A DNA stretch of 37,421 nt from an uncultured Desulfarculus sp. (GTDB lineage: Bacteria > Desulfobacterota > Desulfarculia > Desulfarculales > Desulfarculaceae). Both the position numbers and the translations under genes were made by a program. The stretch is taken from positions 1-37,421 of the forward strand of contig CAZLSD010000007.1 in the NCBI GenBank assembly GCA_964561775.1, given 5' to 3'. Position 1 is the first letter of the stretch, and every line of letters starts with the position of its first letter. This document shows, piece by piece, positions 36,417 through 37,421 of this stretch. The notes beneath the pieces were generated by a model that worked only from the letters and a program-made list of their open reading frames with translations, was not told the DNA's origin and ran no database searches.

Positions 36417-37421
36417 TTAGGCCAGCCCCAGTTCCTTCATGCGCCGCCACAGGGAGGTACGGCTCAGCCCCAATTCCCGGGCCACCGGCGCCCTGCGCCC
36501 GCCATGGCGGGTCAGGGCGGCCTGGATGCGGCCGCGCTCGTTGACCTCGTCCTGCCCCGCGCCAGCCTGGTCCTCGGCCGGGGCCAGTTCCCCCTGGGCG
36601 AAGTTCTCCAGGGGGGGCAGGTTGGCGGCGAAGATCACCGGCCCCTTGACAAAGACATAGGCGTGCTCCAGCACCCGCTCCAGTTCGCGCACGTTGCCGG
36701 GCCATGCGTATTCCATGAACATGAACAGCACCTTGGGGTCCAGGGAGCGCACGTCCTTGCCGGTCTTGGCGTTTAGCTTGGCCATGAAGTGGTTGATGAG
36801 CGGCAGGATGTCCTCCCGGCGCTGGCGCAGGGGGGGAATGGTCATGGGCACGGTGCGCAGGCGATAGTACAGGTCTTCGCGGAACTCGCCCGAGCGCAGG
36901 GCGGCCTGGAGGTCCTTGTTGGTGGCGCTGATGATGCGGGCGTCCATGGGAATGAGGCGGGTGCCCCCCACCCGCTCGAAGACCCGCTGCTCCAGCACCC
37001 TGAGCAGCTTCACCTGCAACTCCGGCTTGAGCTCGCCGATCTCGTCCAGGAACAGGGTGCCGCCCTTGGCCAGCTCGAAGCGCCCCACCTTGGAGCGCAC
37101 CGCCCCGGTGAAGGCCGCCTTCTCGTGGCCGAACATCTCCGATTCCAGCAGGGTCTCGGCCAGGGCCGAGCAGTTGACCGCCACGAAGGGACCGTTGCGC
37201 CGGGGGGATTGCTGGTGGATGGCCCGGGCGAAGAGTTCCTTGCCCGTGCCGCTCTCGCCCAAGAGCAGCACGCTGGCCTCGGAGGCGGCCAGGTCGGGCA
37301 GCAGGTCGAAGAGACCCTGGATGGCCGGGCTGACCCCGATGATATCGGCGTGGCTGTCGCGGGCCTGGGCCTGGTCGTCCACCAGCACCCCCAACCCGCC
37401 CACCGGGCGGAAGCTCTCCAC
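36417..37421 (-). CDS. sigma54-dependent Fis-family transcriptional activator (N-terminus outside the window)
   Basis: [49 protein letters not shown]-terminal HTH. Confidence 0.95.
   Translation of the reverse strand: MESFRPVGGLGVLVDDQAQARDSHADIIGVSPAIQGLFDLLPDLAASEASVLLLGESGTGKELFARAIHQQSPRRNGPFVAVNCSALAETLLESEMFGHEKAAFTGAVRSKVGRFELAKGGTLFLDEIGELKPELQVKLLRVLEQRVFERVGGTRLIPMDARIISATNKDLQAALRSGEFREDLYYRLRTVPMTIPPLRQRREDILPLINHFMAKLNAKTGKDVRSLDPKVLFMFMEYAWPGNVRELERVLEHAYVFVKGPVIFAANLPPLENFAQGELAPAEDQAGAGQDEVNERGRIQAALTRHGGRRAPVARELGLSRTSLWRRMKELGLA

Noticed and set aside
1-37421. tRNA, rRNA, integrase or transposase
   Set aside because: None recognisable by eye; tRNAscan-SE, cmscan and ISfinder searches would be needed to exclude them fully.

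Overview
GC-rich bacterial DNA in which every supported gene lies on the minus strand; gene content (HdrA/MvhD, sigma54 regulation, multi-PAS kinase) suggests an anaerobic deltaproteobacterium (inference). In transcription order (right to left): a partial sigma54 activator; a sigma54-driven NuoE/NuoF/NuoG-N-like + degenerate HdrA-MvhD redox operon with no catalytic subunit; a NifU/IscU-like gene; an MBL-fold hydrolase preceded by a Phe/Tyr-rich leader peptide with terminator/antiterminator (an apparent aromatic amino acid attenuator absent from the ORF track); a multi-PAS hybrid kinase; glycerol dehydrogenase; a complete kdpFABCDE operon with an extra small membrane peptide and a KdpE box; and a 14-kb defence-type operon dpdE-F-G-H-(I) followed, where dpdJ/K are expected, by an Fe-S PD-(D/E)XK nuclease and an SF1 helicase that runs off the left edge. 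The best candidates for novelty are the variant Dpd system and the Phe/Tyr attenuator.
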